The position numbers and the translations under genes are program-made. The notes below the pieces were generated by a model. That model did not search any database. It was given only the letters and a program-made list of their open reading frames with translations, and was not told the DNA's origin. A stretch of DNA of 63,222 nt, filler included. It is 12 parts of 12 records of this genome, joined end to end, with 100 filler letters (N's around TTAATTAATTAA, not from the genome) between each part and the next. Parts side by side here need not be neighbours in the genome. Positions count along the whole stretch, not along the records: positions 31,704 to 36,247 come from SRR7504441_2974; positions 36,348 to 41,178 come from SRR7504441_2976; positions 41,279 to 44,597 come from SRR7504441_2977; positions 44,698 to 52,400 come from SRR7504441_2982; 8 more parts are not named here. One strand, given 5' to 3'. Positions 34,801-46,698 of this stretch are shown in pieces (positions within the stretch are counted from its first letter, which is position 1; every line of letters starts with the position of its first letter).

Positions 34801-36073
34801 TCGGGCGACAGGAGACAGAGATCGAAGGCATGGCGCAGAGTCTGCGGGAGGGAATGCTGTTATATAAACCAGCAGCCAGGGCGCTGCCTGACGAGACCGA
34901 CAAGCTTTACAAGGCTTGGCGCAAGGCCCAAGCGCTTGTAGGTGTGGCCAGCGGGGCAGGTGGTGGCGAGGGCTTAGACTGGTCGGCCAGGTGAGGCAGA
35001 CAAGCTTCACGAAGAGCTCAAGGCGGCCACAGACTTGTCGGACGAAGCATACCAGGAGGTGGCGAGCTTGAGCCCAAATCACACTGATTGGACTGGGCAG
35101 GTGGAACAGGCCATGAGGCCACTGGCCGCGCTCGCTTCAGTAGAGCTAGAAGTGAATATGGCGCTGCAAGTGGTGAATGCAAGCGGCTCCGCCACCCCTC
35201 AGACCGCGGTGCATCGGCGTACTGATGCTTGTAGGCTGATAATTTCTCGCGGTTCAGGCAATCGTGTGCCATATCGAGAGCGAACTTCAGGTACTAGACG
35301 AGGAGATGGCCACTTGCAAGATCCACAGCCTGCGCGATGCCGGGAAACACAAGCTCGAGCAGCCAGGTGACTGTGGCGCCTCTGGGTTCGGACTAACCCA
35401 GATGGCGACGGGTGCAGGGCCTCCAAAGTCCCAGAGGTCCGGCAGCGTTGGACGGAAGGCGCTGCCTGCCCCCAGAGTAACCCTGGAGCTCGGGTCCAAG
35501 GAGACCAAGGAGGCCTGCCAGCGACTGGCGCTGCTGAAGCGAGGCACTAAGGCGCCGAGTTGTCGAGGCGGCGCTGAGTGTTGACTGGCCAGGTCAAAAA
35601 GAAGCCGACCAACGCCAAGACACGGAGGGACGCGAATCTAGTGGAACGAATGCTGCTGCTGGCCCCGGACCTGACCCGGCTCTTGCTAAGAGACCCCGCC
35701 AAGCCGAAGGTGGTGCGCTGTGAGGCTGTGAGGCTCACAGTCGGGCAGTTGACTGAATCGTTCGTTCGAGTCGAGCACATTGTCGAGGTGAGAGAAGGTG
35801 GCGTGGGAAGCGACCTTCGGTGAGAGTCGGCTGGACTCGGCGTTTATCTTTGGGTGTGGCTAGGCCTGCTTCACTCGTAGTCGGCCTGCTGATGCAAAAG
35901 AACATCACACTCAATCTCTTGTTTGACAATGCGCTCTCGAGGTGAGCTGCCGCTTGTGTGGCTGCATCTAGCCTCACTGCGTCTTCAGGCAGCAATGGCT
36001 CGACGGGCTCGGATTCTTAATTGAGCAACGAAACAACTTGGTACTCCTCTGCGAGGCTGTATCGAACTTCTGA
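31813..36073 (+). CDS. EF-hand / long coiled-coil / C-terminal PH-domain protein; many short introns
   Basis: Spliced EF loop DTNKDGVIDRSEL; about 800-aa coiled coil; spliced tail LKRGTKVKKK..RMLLLAPDLTRL..LNLLFDNALSRQQWLDGLGFLI; includes GC-AG intron 35552-35592. Confidence 0.7.
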
Positions 36074-36347
36074 TTGTAATAACATCTTTAAGCTTCATTA
36101 TTGCCTCTTCTTGTTTAAAATCCAAGATTTACTGGCTAAGTGCTTAAAATGGGCCCAAGCTCTTCCCGATGTACTCGTGAGTACTACGTGAGCACGACGT
36201 TCGAATCGAAACATGAATCGATAATTATAATGAATCCGGTCCTACTANNNNNNNNNNNNNNNNNNNNNNNNNNNNNNNNNNNNNNNNNNNNTTAATTAAT
36301 TAANNNNNNNNNNNNNNNNNNNNNNNNNNNNNNNNNNNNNNNNNNNN

Positions 36348-36470
36348 CCGGAGCCAGAACCGGAGCTAGCGCAATCCGATGTTCCAACACTTGGATCTCA
36401 CCTAGATGAGGACTTATTTTCGACTGACAAAGATGCTGCGTTTGGGGCCTCTGGGAATCCATTCGATTGA
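36348..36470 (+). CDS. 3' fragment of a protein ending in an NPF motif
   Basis: Frame PEPEPELAQ...GASGNPFD* open from the contig edge. Confidence 0.4.
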   Translation, partial: PEPEPELAQSDVPTLGSHLDEDLFSTDKDAAFGASGNPFD

Positions 36471-36636
36471 TTCCTGCCAGTCTGCAGACTACCACGCTAC
36501 CCGTCCAGTATAAGTCTAGTACTCAAATGTACCAGATTTTGCTGCACGTGTACGCTGTAATGCTAGATGGATTCATGATACTAACCCTATGAATAAAAAC
36601 ACAACTGTTTACTAAACTTGTTCTTTTCAAGTACTT

Positions 36637-39600
36637 TCAAGTGTGTAGATGAAGTGCAGTACCGGCAAAGCCACTCTCCAATGCCGGAGAGGACCCAATC
36701 TGCTCCAAGCCATTTTCTTGCTTTCGCTTGGAGGACTCATACACCTCGATCTGCGAGTCTGCATGAAGAGGGATTTCCCGCAGTGGAGTATTCCAGTCTT
36801 TCTCAGTTATCTCTTCCCTCGCTGACAGCCCAGGCCTGTGGTGCCAGAGCCTCTGGTTTTCATTCGGAATCTGAAGCGCTACATATATTCTGCCACGTAG
36901 ATCCGTCAGCCTTTTATCTGCGTTAACTTGAATGTCATGAGTATTGGAACCCCGAACGCTTCGCCTGGAGCTTACATTCGAGTGGGTGAGCATTGGTGAT
37001 TCTTGCTTGGGTACATGCGTGAGCTTAATCACAGATAATGACTCGAACTCGCTATCGCTTCGCTGCTTTGCAGCCATGCAGTTCGCACACACCTCTGGGT
37101 CCTGGCCATCAGCCTTCGAGTACCTGACATTGACATATCAATATAGGAACTAGGATCACTCTCACGGCCTACCTGAATTCTTTTGGCTCTACTTTGTTGT
37201 CAAATTCTTCAAGAAGTAGCTTCCACTTATCTGAAGGCATCGCCATGATTGGGGCATCCTCCCGCGATATGATTGACAAATCGTCGGTCACACTGTAAAG
37301 CGCCTTGCCGCATTTGCACAAAAGTCTGCTGTTATCGATGCAATCTGGCTTTTTGCATTCAAAATTCATGATGTATTCCCTGCCACACAGCTTAGATCCA
37401 CCAGAGTGTCAAAGGAAGATGCGGTACTGACCTGTATGTTTCAAACCATTTTCGACAGACGAGGTAATATTGGTCCTTCTTCAGACCGGAGGACGAAATT
37501 TGCACGTTCGAGTGGGAAATTGCGTGAAGCAGCTTTTTTCCTTTGCGCATTACGGTGGTCTCATGCAGCTGCCGCCTCTCGGCCCGCTCCTGCAGGTCAG
37601 CCCTCTTCAGCCCAATTGCCCACCACCCAACGCACCGAGTCAATTGCGGCGCATTTAGAGCAGTGTGAATCCGCTTTCATCAAGGCGTAAGCATGGTTTT
37701 TAGACCGCTTTTGGGGCGACTTCATATTTTCCAGAACCCTCAACGAATGCTCGTCCGAAATGTGATCAGTCAACTCATCCCATGTCTCTTTAGAAACAAC
37801 GTGCGTCTTGGAGAATGGAACATCCACTCTCAAATTACGATGAGCTTCGCACACCTGCAGGTGGCATGCAAAACTCAGATTCCCGAGTACCAGGCTGCGT
37901 TTACTCCTAAACCTAACCCAGCCGAAATGTACCAAGTCTGAGTTCAGCATATCTGTCATCTCAGCTGTCTCGCTCTTCCGCCATCTACTGACCCAAGCTT
38001 TGCTGACCAAGAAGCCGTCTGTCACTGCACACAGAGCCAATGAGCCGTGCGGCTGAGAATGCTTTCAAGAGAAGATTAGTGTGACCTGACTGTTGCGTGA
38101 TCTGCTCTAGTAATCTCTGCTTCTTCTGTGCCGTTTTGTGGTTATCTAGTCGATCCACGATCTGGGTCTGCACCAGGACAGGTAACGCAGTCTCTGTGAG
38201 CAGAAACACTCACCTGGAGACATTTTTGGCACACTTCAGCTTCAAATGCCAGAAACTTCGATTCACCCCCAGTGTATCCAGCCTTGTCCAGCAAATTCCA
38301 GAAGCTGCGATTTACCTGTGCAGCCCCATCGCACCAGCACGGCGATGATCTACAGACCAGCTTCATTTGGTTGAACTTCGTTGGATCGATCTTGCCTTCA
38401 TCTGTTAGGAGGCTTTTGTTGATGTCTGTTTTGCGGATTTCACGATGCACGTGTAGCTCTTCTAGAAACTTGCTCTCGATCCAGCATGTGCTATCCCCAA
38501 AATATGATTTTAGCGGCTCAGCAGGGCACCTATCGCTCCGCGGTTGTGCCAAATCCTGGCACAAAGTCTTGCGCAGCTCCAGCTGATCCCGATGGGCCTG
38601 AAGTCCAGCCAGGTGAGTGCATAAGCTGCATGCACTGCTCACCTGTTTGGCAGTCTTCCAGGCTTCCAAGCGTTCATTGAGCTCCTTATTTTGTTCATCA
38701 TATTTCGTTCTGATTTTGTCGAGATGTCCAAAGTGACTGGGATCTTCAAACGTCTTGCGGCCCACTTTAGTGTAAAATAGCATGTAGGCGCTGGTCGAGG
38801 AGTGCATCCCATCTTGCAGATTGTCAGCAGCCTCCGCTTGACTGCCTTCAGACGGGTCGCCTGGCTGCTTCCGCTTGGGGTTGCGTTTGGGTTTGGCCAT
38901 ATGCTCATTGCTCCAATCTGCCACCTTGCCCACATTGCTTAATGCAACTTCTTCTACATCATCGTCATCGCACAGCGCCCACTTGTCGCCATCCTTCACC
39001 TGCAACCCAATGAACAAAGCGGTCTAAATCAGGCCTGCCTGCACTACATAGTGTCCTGAGAAAGCACTTGGACCCTTGTGCATTAGGACCGCACTCAGCT
39101 CATACATACAATGGCTGCTTTCTTCGGCGCAGGCTATGTATGATGACATGTCCAAAGTATCTGGGAAAGATATCGCATCGCGCACCTAAAGAGAACGTCT
39201 TCAGCTGGGTGTGTCCATTGCCTTTGGCCGGGAACCACCTTTTTCTTGCTCAGTGTCTTGAGATCAAATACAAATCTCATCAGTTGAATCCCGAGGACCT
39301 ACCTCCGCCGGTCAGAGCACAATGGCTCTACACATTCACCTCGGGGATCTTTTCGAGCTTCGTGTAGATCAAGGCATCTTGCTTTGAGTTGCACTTTTCA
39401 CAGAGATACTGATTATCTCCATCCAGCTTGTCTTTCTTTACATACTGATCAAGTGCAGCCACCACTGAAGCATTGCCCTGCAAATCACGTCTGCTCAGCC
39501 AGGACCCCCGGGTGGAGTAGTGCCTTCACTGGAAGCTCCAGCTGGTAGAAGTGCGACGAGCGTGTGGAGACCTTCTTGCACTTAGTGCACTCAACACAGT

Positions 39601-40903
39601 GGCTGCAGTCAATTCTAAACTGAGTATCCACCTGGACCATCTCAGCCGCGGGGAAGTGCGGGGAAAGGCACCAGTTCCCTTATGGGCGCCTGCTCCGACC
39701 GCTGGAAGCATTCGTTCAGAAGCGACATGAGCAACTGATTGAACTCATTCAGATCCTGCTGCTCTCCTGCGACCAAATCTCAACAGCCAGTAACGGAAAT
39801 CCACTCACCCCTAGGAACCTCGAGTGCCTCGGTCAGCGCCTTAGGAGTTGCACGTCTCTCATAGCTGCTTTCCATCATAAACAGGCACTCTTGCAGCTCC
39901 TTGCAAACTCGGGTCCGGCTCGCTGCCTTGGCCAGAGCTGCCTCAGTCACGTCACTCGCTCCGGCCTGCTTCTCGCCGTCCTGGCCATCCGATTGAGCAT
40001 GCGCAGCCAGCATTGTGGTGGCCACTGACCTGGCCATTCCAGCTCTTGAGCCCGCGGCGGAAATTGTCATTTGAGAGCAACACCTGCGGGCATTAGCGCC
40101 ACGCCATCAGCCGGATAGGAGCACCTGGAGCAGACTGTTCATGTAGCAGGTGGCGCCCTGATTGATCAGGCCCATGATTGGCCGCAGCCTGCCCTGCGCG
40201 TCCGGCTGTCGGATTGGTGGCTGGTCCTCGTCCGGCATGTCCTTATTCTGCTCGCAAGCGGTCAGCTCATCCTCTAGGCAGAGTCCACCGGAGGCCAGAT
40301 GCCGTCTTCATCGTCATTCCAATCCTGCAGCCAGGCTAGTTAGCCTACACAGCGCCATGTCGGCCCGGGACCTTGGGTCTAACGGTGTAGCCATACAGGC
40401 AATGTGGATTGTGCGCACAGTTGGTCCGTCGGGCGTGGTTGTTCGCGTCACACTTCCCCAGATGCACCCTGGCCGACTCTCAAAGCGCAGTCCCACTAAA
40501 CCCGGCGGGATCGCACCCTTGCAGCTTCCGAAGCAGTGCATCTGTCACAGGCGGGTCGCCTCGCCAGTTGTTCCCCAGTTTCTCCGCGAGTTGCTGGTCG
40601 GTGACGCAGTCCTGGGTCTGCGGACGCTTTACAGTGCCCTGGACTGCTGGACACACCTGCAGGTTGACTGGCTCCGCGCGGAGACGCTTTTTGGAGGAGC
40701 GGGACGCCCTGGCCGCAGCGATCAGTCGCGGGCCCGGGCGGTACGGACTTGGCGCTCTTGAGTTCAGACGCGACCCCCTGAGCCTTGGAACCAGTCCCCT
40801 GCAGGCACCTCGTCCAGTGCGCAGGCGGAGGGCCTACCTTCTCCTGTGCGCTCCGTACTGTAGCTGGTGTGGCGGGCGGCGCTCCATCGTCCCCCATCGT
40901 CAC
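36637..40903 (-). CDS. USP48: Ubiquitin-specific protease USP48/UBP26 orthologue; many short introns
   Basis: Spliced NCAHNPHCLYG, Cys box GLINQGATCYMNSLLQ, QQDLNEF, His box VLMHKGPSAFSGHY, SAYMLFY, DUSP-like segments, C-terminal Ubl and ESGFAGTAL. Start approximate. Confidence 0.88.
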
Positions 40904-41278
40904 TGGTCGACGACGATTGGCACTGTGGTCGAGTCCCTGGTCGCTGGTCGAGCTGCTGGGTTATCCCGCGGGGCTCGGGACCAAGCTTGTGCCAGAGAGC
41001 TGCTCTCCCAGGGAGCTCGAGGGTAAGGAGGTGATCACGCCTGTCCCGGTCGTTCGTTCGAATTCACTGCAGGGCAGGGTCGTCGTCCGACAAGAGAAAA
41101 GTGGCATCTTGGCATCTTTCGAGGGTTTGAAGAACCCCATATTCGGGCGTGCGGTGCAAGCCAGCTACACCGGCGTGTNNNNNNNNNNNNNNNNNNNNNN
41201 NNNNNNNNNNNNNNNNNNNNNNTTAATTAATTAANNNNNNNNNNNNNNNNNNNNNNNNNNNNNNNNNNNNNNNNNNNN

Positions 41279-43526
41279 AAGAAGGAGGAGCCGGAGCGGT
41301 TCAAGTGGTGGCTCCCGGAGAACCAGGTCGAGTACGCGCCTGGGGTCAAGTGGAACTACCTGGCGCACAACGTGAGGCTCACACCAGGTCCAAGGCTGAG
41401 CCGGGGCAGGGGATGCTCTTCCCTCCAGCGTACGAGCCTCACGGGGTCAAGATGCTCTACCAGGGCGAGCCGGTCGATCTGGAGCCCGAGGCGGTCCGCC
41501 GCCGGCCCCAGAGCCAGCCCGAGCCGGTGTGCAGGAGGAAGCAGCAACTTTCTGGGCTCAGAAGCTCGAGACGGACTATGTGAAGAGGAAAGTGTTCAGG
41601 ACAAACTTCTGGAAGGACTGGAAGGAGCTGCTGGTGGCCCGGCCGGTCGGTGGGGCGTTAATGGCGAGGGCAGGGCAAGGGGCACACAATCAAGGGCTTG
41701 GGTGAGTGCGATTTCCGGCCAATCTTCGATCACCTTCAGAAGCTCAAGGAGGAGAAGAAGAGCATGTCCAAGGAGGCCAAGCAGAAGCTCAAGGAGGAGA
41801 AGGAGGCGATCGAGAAGCACTACGGCTGGGCCACGATCGACAACCACAAGGAGAAGATCGGCAACTTCAGAGTCGAAATCCCTGGGCTGTTCATGGGCCG
41901 GGGCGAGCACCCAAAGCAAGGCAAGATCAAGAAGCGCACCGTGCCCGAGGACGTCATCCTCAACATAGCCGCGGAAGCCCCTGAAGTCCCAGTGCCCGCC
42001 AACATGGCTGGCCACAAATGGGGCGGGATCAGGCACGACAACAAGGTGGTTTGTTGCACTGGCACGGCTCAGCTGGTGGGCTCAGGTGACCTGGCTGGCC
42101 ATGTACAAGGACTCGATATGCGGCGAGACAAAGTACGTCTTCCTCAACGCCAACTCGACCTACAAAGGCCAGTCCGACCTGGCCAAGTTTGAGAAAGCGC
42201 GAGAGCTCAAGAAGCACGTCACGAGGATCAGAGAGGTGAGCCACCGCAGCGCACACAACCCAACTGGTGTGCATGCAGGCCTACACCAAAGAGCTCACAA
42301 ACGAAGATTCGCTGATAAGGCAACGATCTACTGCGTTGTATCTGATAGACTTTTTGGCGTTGCGCGCTGGTGGGGAGAAAGACACAGAAGAGGAGGCAGA
42401 TACGGTGCGATCATACTCGAGAGATCCAAGATGAGACGAGTGCCCGCAGGTGGGCTGCTGCTCGCTGCGGGAGGAGCATGTCAAATTCTACACCGAGGAA
42501 GAGCCCAAAAGGCACCCGGAGACCAACCAGATTGTGAAGGACGAGGACGGGAATGACAAGATGGTCACCAAATACATCTGCCACTTTGACTTCCTGGGCA
42601 AGGCACTCGAGTGCTCGGTGCACCCTCTCAGTGTGTCCGCAGGATTCGATCCGTTACGACCAGCGACACAAGATCAAGAGGCAGCCTTGGAAGAATCTAC
42701 AGATGTTTGCCAATGAAGCCCAGAAGAGGGTTAAGAGAGACCGTGATGACAAGAATGCACCAAACCTTTTCTATAACCTTAATCCATCCGTTCTGAACAA
42801 ATATCTGATCAGTTTCATGCCGGGTGGGGCGTGTTTGGGTGTGGGTTGGTCATGCTGCGGGCGCAGGGCTGACTGCCAAGGTGTTCCGGACCTACAACGC
42901 CTCAATCACGCTCGACAGGCTCTGCCAGAGCACTGAGGCAGCCCACTCACGCCTCGCGCCGGGGCCGAGCTCGTCGCTGGCAGGTGAAGGAGAACATGCC
43001 GGTGGCTGAGAAGCTCGTTTTCTACAACAAGTGGAACGTGGAAGTGGCGATCCTGTGTAACCACCAGAAGGCCAAGGCCAAGAACTTTGATGAGTCTATG
43101 GCCAAATTCAAGTCGAAGATCGACGACGTCAAGGCAATTTAGTTGTGCTGGCCCCGCGCGAAGCGGCTGTGCTGTTCAGGAGAAATTGAAATTAGCCAAG
43201 GAAGCGAAGAAGGAAGCTAAAAAGGAAGGCGACGACAAGGCGAAGGCCAAGTGAGTGCTTGCACACATGGGAGATGATCCTGTGGCAGGCATCAGAAGAA
43301 CATTGACACACTCACTACTCGGATAGAAACGTTGGAGCATCAGGCTCAGTCAAAGGAGGATCTGGCGGAGGTGTCGCTCGGCACCTCCAAGATCAACTAC
43401 CTCGATCCGCGGATTACCGTGGCCTGGTGCAGCCGGAACGATGTGCCACTCACCAAAATATTTCCCAAGACCTTGATTCAGAAGTTTGAGTGGGCCACCG
43501 ATGTCGAGGACAACTGGCGATTCTAA
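41279..43526 (+). CDS. TOP1: DNA topoisomerase IB (5' truncated), 11 introns
   Basis: [54 protein letters not shown]; all five catalytic residues present after splicing. Confidence 0.98.
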
Positions 43527-43713
43527 ATACGATTCTAGGCCTCGCTAGGACGCACTCTGCAGGAGTTCGTGAGTGTGCGCTGCACCTGATCGACTCTGTG
43601 TAGCACAGCGATTTGATGATATCAATTCGTTCGTCTTTAGTGCGCTTCTACGTACATGTACAGTAGCGCCCGACATCTATTCTGACACAAATTTTCTCAA
43701 ATTTAAATAGTTT

Positions 43714-44573
43714 TTATAAATCTTTTATCGCTCTGCTTCGGCACTCTTTCTGATCACTACTGCTACTACTACTAGTGGGTTTAAAACCGTACAATGCCGA
43801 CCCGGAGCCGAAGATGATCATGCCGTCGTAGGCCACGCAGGCCGAGCTGCCCACCTCGTGCCCGGTCTCGAGCTCCCATTCTAGCTTGCCTTCCTGAGTG
43901 CTCAGCCCAAAAACCCGCCGGTTGTTGCACCCAAACACCACAAACCCGGTGCACTTGGACAGGGTGAGCGACGACTCGACGGGGGCGCCGGCCCGGAACT
44001 TCCATTTGACCTCTGGGGTGGGCGGCTGTGCCGGATCCTCAGAGAGCAGGTTCCGGATCCGGACTCCGTAAACGTACCCGCCCTGGGTGGCCAGGTACAG
44101 GTCGCCGTTCGGGGCCAGGCACGGCATCCCGTTCACGGCTGAAGACAGCTGGAGCTTCCATCGCACCCGCCCGTCATAGTAGAGCGCATATAGCCACCCG
44201 TCGGCGCTCCCAAAGTAGACCGCGCCCATGCTCCCGCCCAGGTGCCGGACCGAGGGCGAGCCGGTGATCTCGCCTCCAGTCTCAAACTTCCAACGGATCT
44301 TGCCGTCCTGCGGGCACCCTCTCATGTTCAGCCACAAGCCCAGGGCACACTCATGTTCAGAGCATAAAGCTTGCCGTCGCAGCAGCCCACGAACAGCTTG
44401 CCGCCTATGCTGGGCGCCGGGCTCGAGTAGACCTGTCCGCCGCACCGGGTCCGCCAGATTTGAGTCCCCTTGAGTGCATCCACGCAGTACACGTGCGAGT
44501 CGTTCGAGCCCACGAACACGCACTTGCTGTCCTTGCTCAGCCGCGGCGACGACCAGATCTGACCCCCCTCTCG
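43714..44573 (-). CDS. PQQ/BamB-like beta-propeller repeat protein (5' truncated)
   Basis: Repeats VFVGSNDSHVYCVDA, WKFETGGEITGSP, VYFGSADGWLYAL, WKFRAGAPVESS. Confidence 0.8.
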
Positions 44574-44697
44574 CCCCCCCCCCCCCCCCCCCCCCCCNNN
44601 NNNNNNNNNNNNNNNNNNNNNNNNNNNNNNNNNNNNNNNNNTTAATTAATTAANNNNNNNNNNNNNNNNNNNNNNNNNNNNNNNNNNNNNNNNNNNN

Positions 44698-44826
44698 GGC
44701 AGAGGAGCGAAGGCAGCCAAGGCGGCAATGCCGCAGCTCGCTCGGCAGTACAAGCTGCGCGGGTCGGATCTGAAGGCGCTCACTCGGCTGCAGGACCGGA
44801 TGAGCAGCCCTCTGCCCTCACGGTAG
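44698..44826 (+). CDS. 3' fragment of a hypothetical protein
   Basis: Open frame from the contig edge to TAG, followed by AT-rich sequence. Confidence 0.4.
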   Translation, partial: GRGAKAAKAAMPQLARQYKLRGSDLKALTRLQDRMSSPLPSR

Positions 44827-44926
44827 CTTTCCCTTTTACATGGATGGTACTTTATTTATGCTTTATTCGTACGGTAGCTCCTGCCTGGATAAACGCCTCC
44901 TTTATAATAAATACGTAGCACTGGGG

Positions 44927-46566
44927 TTAGTCGCCCTCAGTCAACGCCCTTTCGAGCGAATTCTTGATCGCATCCAATCGGGCTAACAGCTCCCCCGGGT
45001 TAGCAGCTGGTTCGCTCTGCTTCGAGTCTTCCCACGGCTCGGGCTCGGTGGCTTGGACACACTTCCTGCCTCCTAACGTATTTTCATGCCAGGCGTCAAG
45101 CCTGGCCTCAATCTGGCCTTGCCAGTACGCCTCAATTGAATTGCTCATAGAGAGCATCAGACTCCAATACGCCCGGCCAGTGAGCAGCCCGCTGTTTAGA
45201 TCGATCTTGAAATTGGCCATGTTCCTGTGCCAGCTGTGCACCGCTACCCACAGACTGCCGTAGACCAGGTGCTTGAGCACCAGCTTGAGATGCTTCATCG
45301 CCGCTGTCTTGAACCGTTGCTTGTGCGTAGCAAGCCGCTCGTTGAGCCGGCGCCTGTCACTGTACAGCTTATCGCTGAGCCGCTCCTGAGAGTCACACGC
45401 CTCCTCCTTCTCGGCCATCAGTTCACTGGTCACCGCCTTTGTCTTCTCCAGAAAATTAAACATTTTGATTCGTTCCGAGAACAGCGCTTTGCCTGCTGAT
45501 CGGGTCTTTGCCTCCGGTCGTTGGGGAGATTTAGGGGATGTCGACCGGGATAGCGTCTCGCGTACGTAATCCAGCCCGTAGTTGCGGTCCCGAGGGTCGG
45601 GCGATGCTGCCCGGTCGTGGGCTTCGCGCCGACAGGTCCAACAATTCCAGGCCCTTCTGAGCAGCCTGGAGCTGTTGCCCCCTCGGACCCAGCCGTCCAA
45701 TGCCTCGCTGCTCAGGCTGCTCGGCTCACCCGCGACTGCCTCAGAGCCCACCGGCGGTTGGCCGGGCTCGGTGTCGCAGGGCGCCGCCTGCTCAGCCTCC
45801 AAATCGACCCGGAGAAAACTCCGGTGCCACTGCCACTGCCAGCTGTGAACAGCGGCGCTTTGCTGGCGCAGCATGAGTCCCTTCAGCACCAGCTTTATCT
45901 GTGCCATTGCCGCCTTGTGCGCTATCGCCTTAGCCCGCTGCTCTGCCTTGCCCAAATCTCTTGCCTTCGCCTCAGTCTGCGCACGAACCGTGTCCAGCTC
46001 CTGACCCTTCTCTGCATTCTCACTCAACAGCTGGAGCTTCTCATTCCGCTGGCCGCTATACGCGATCTTCCATTTATGCTTGACTGCATCCAGCTCCTCC
46101 TGCAAGCTACTAGCCCTGGCCTCTGCTTGGCTGCACTCATTAGCTAGCTTGCCTATAGTGGCATCCCGCTCTGCTAGCTGCGCCTAAGCCCAGCCACACT
46201 CACCAGGTTAGGCGGCGCAGGCACCTCGATCTGCGTGGCTGCCTGCGCTGCCTCGTCGCTCCCCGGTGGCGGGGCCCGCCGCTCCTCGTCACTCGCTGGC
46301 GCAGCTTCAAGGGGCGCAATCTGCTGCAACCGTCCTCGGAACCAGCCAGACCCGTTCGCCGGCTTTGCGTCTCCAGAGGCCACAGCTTGGTCACCGCGTC
46401 CAGCCTTACTCGTAGGCCGCGCCCCAAACGTCGCGCCTGCCTCTCCAGCGGATTTGCCTGGCTCTTCTTCCACCACGACGGCTCCCTGTGTGAGCAGGTG
46501 GAGCTCCTGCAGCTTCCTGTCGTGCGCCTCTCTGCTGCACCGCCACCTCGCGTCTTGCGGGTCCAT
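44927..46566 (-). CDS. Coiled-coil protein with Sfi1-like Trp repeats
   Basis: One intron joins ORFs 46174-46566 and 44927-46105; repeats AAVHSWQW, LRRAWNCW, VAVHSWHR, ARLDAWHE. Confidence 0.6.
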
Positions 46567-46698
46567 TGGTCCGCGTCTTGCGTGCCAACTCAGTGCCTGC
46601 GGCTCGCCATCAACTCACCAACAGTGCGGTCGCCATCGCCCCAACGGCTGAACGGCAGCCCAGCTCCGGACTCAGTTTCTAACCCAGCTCCCGCAATC

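Noticed and set aside
41372-43288. Introner-type mobile introns
   Set aside because: Introns share length but I see no shared sequence or terminal inverted repeats among them; older gain cannot be excluded.
41279-43526. Apparent frameshifts and in-frame stops in TOP1, USP48 and GFAT suggesting pseudogenes, recoding or an alternative genetic code
   Set aside because: All resolved by ~40-nt introns; TAA, TAG and TGA all serve as normal stops.
44574-44597. Poly-C run at a contig end
   Set aside because: Interrupts a coding gene at the edge; typical poly-G sequencing artefact.
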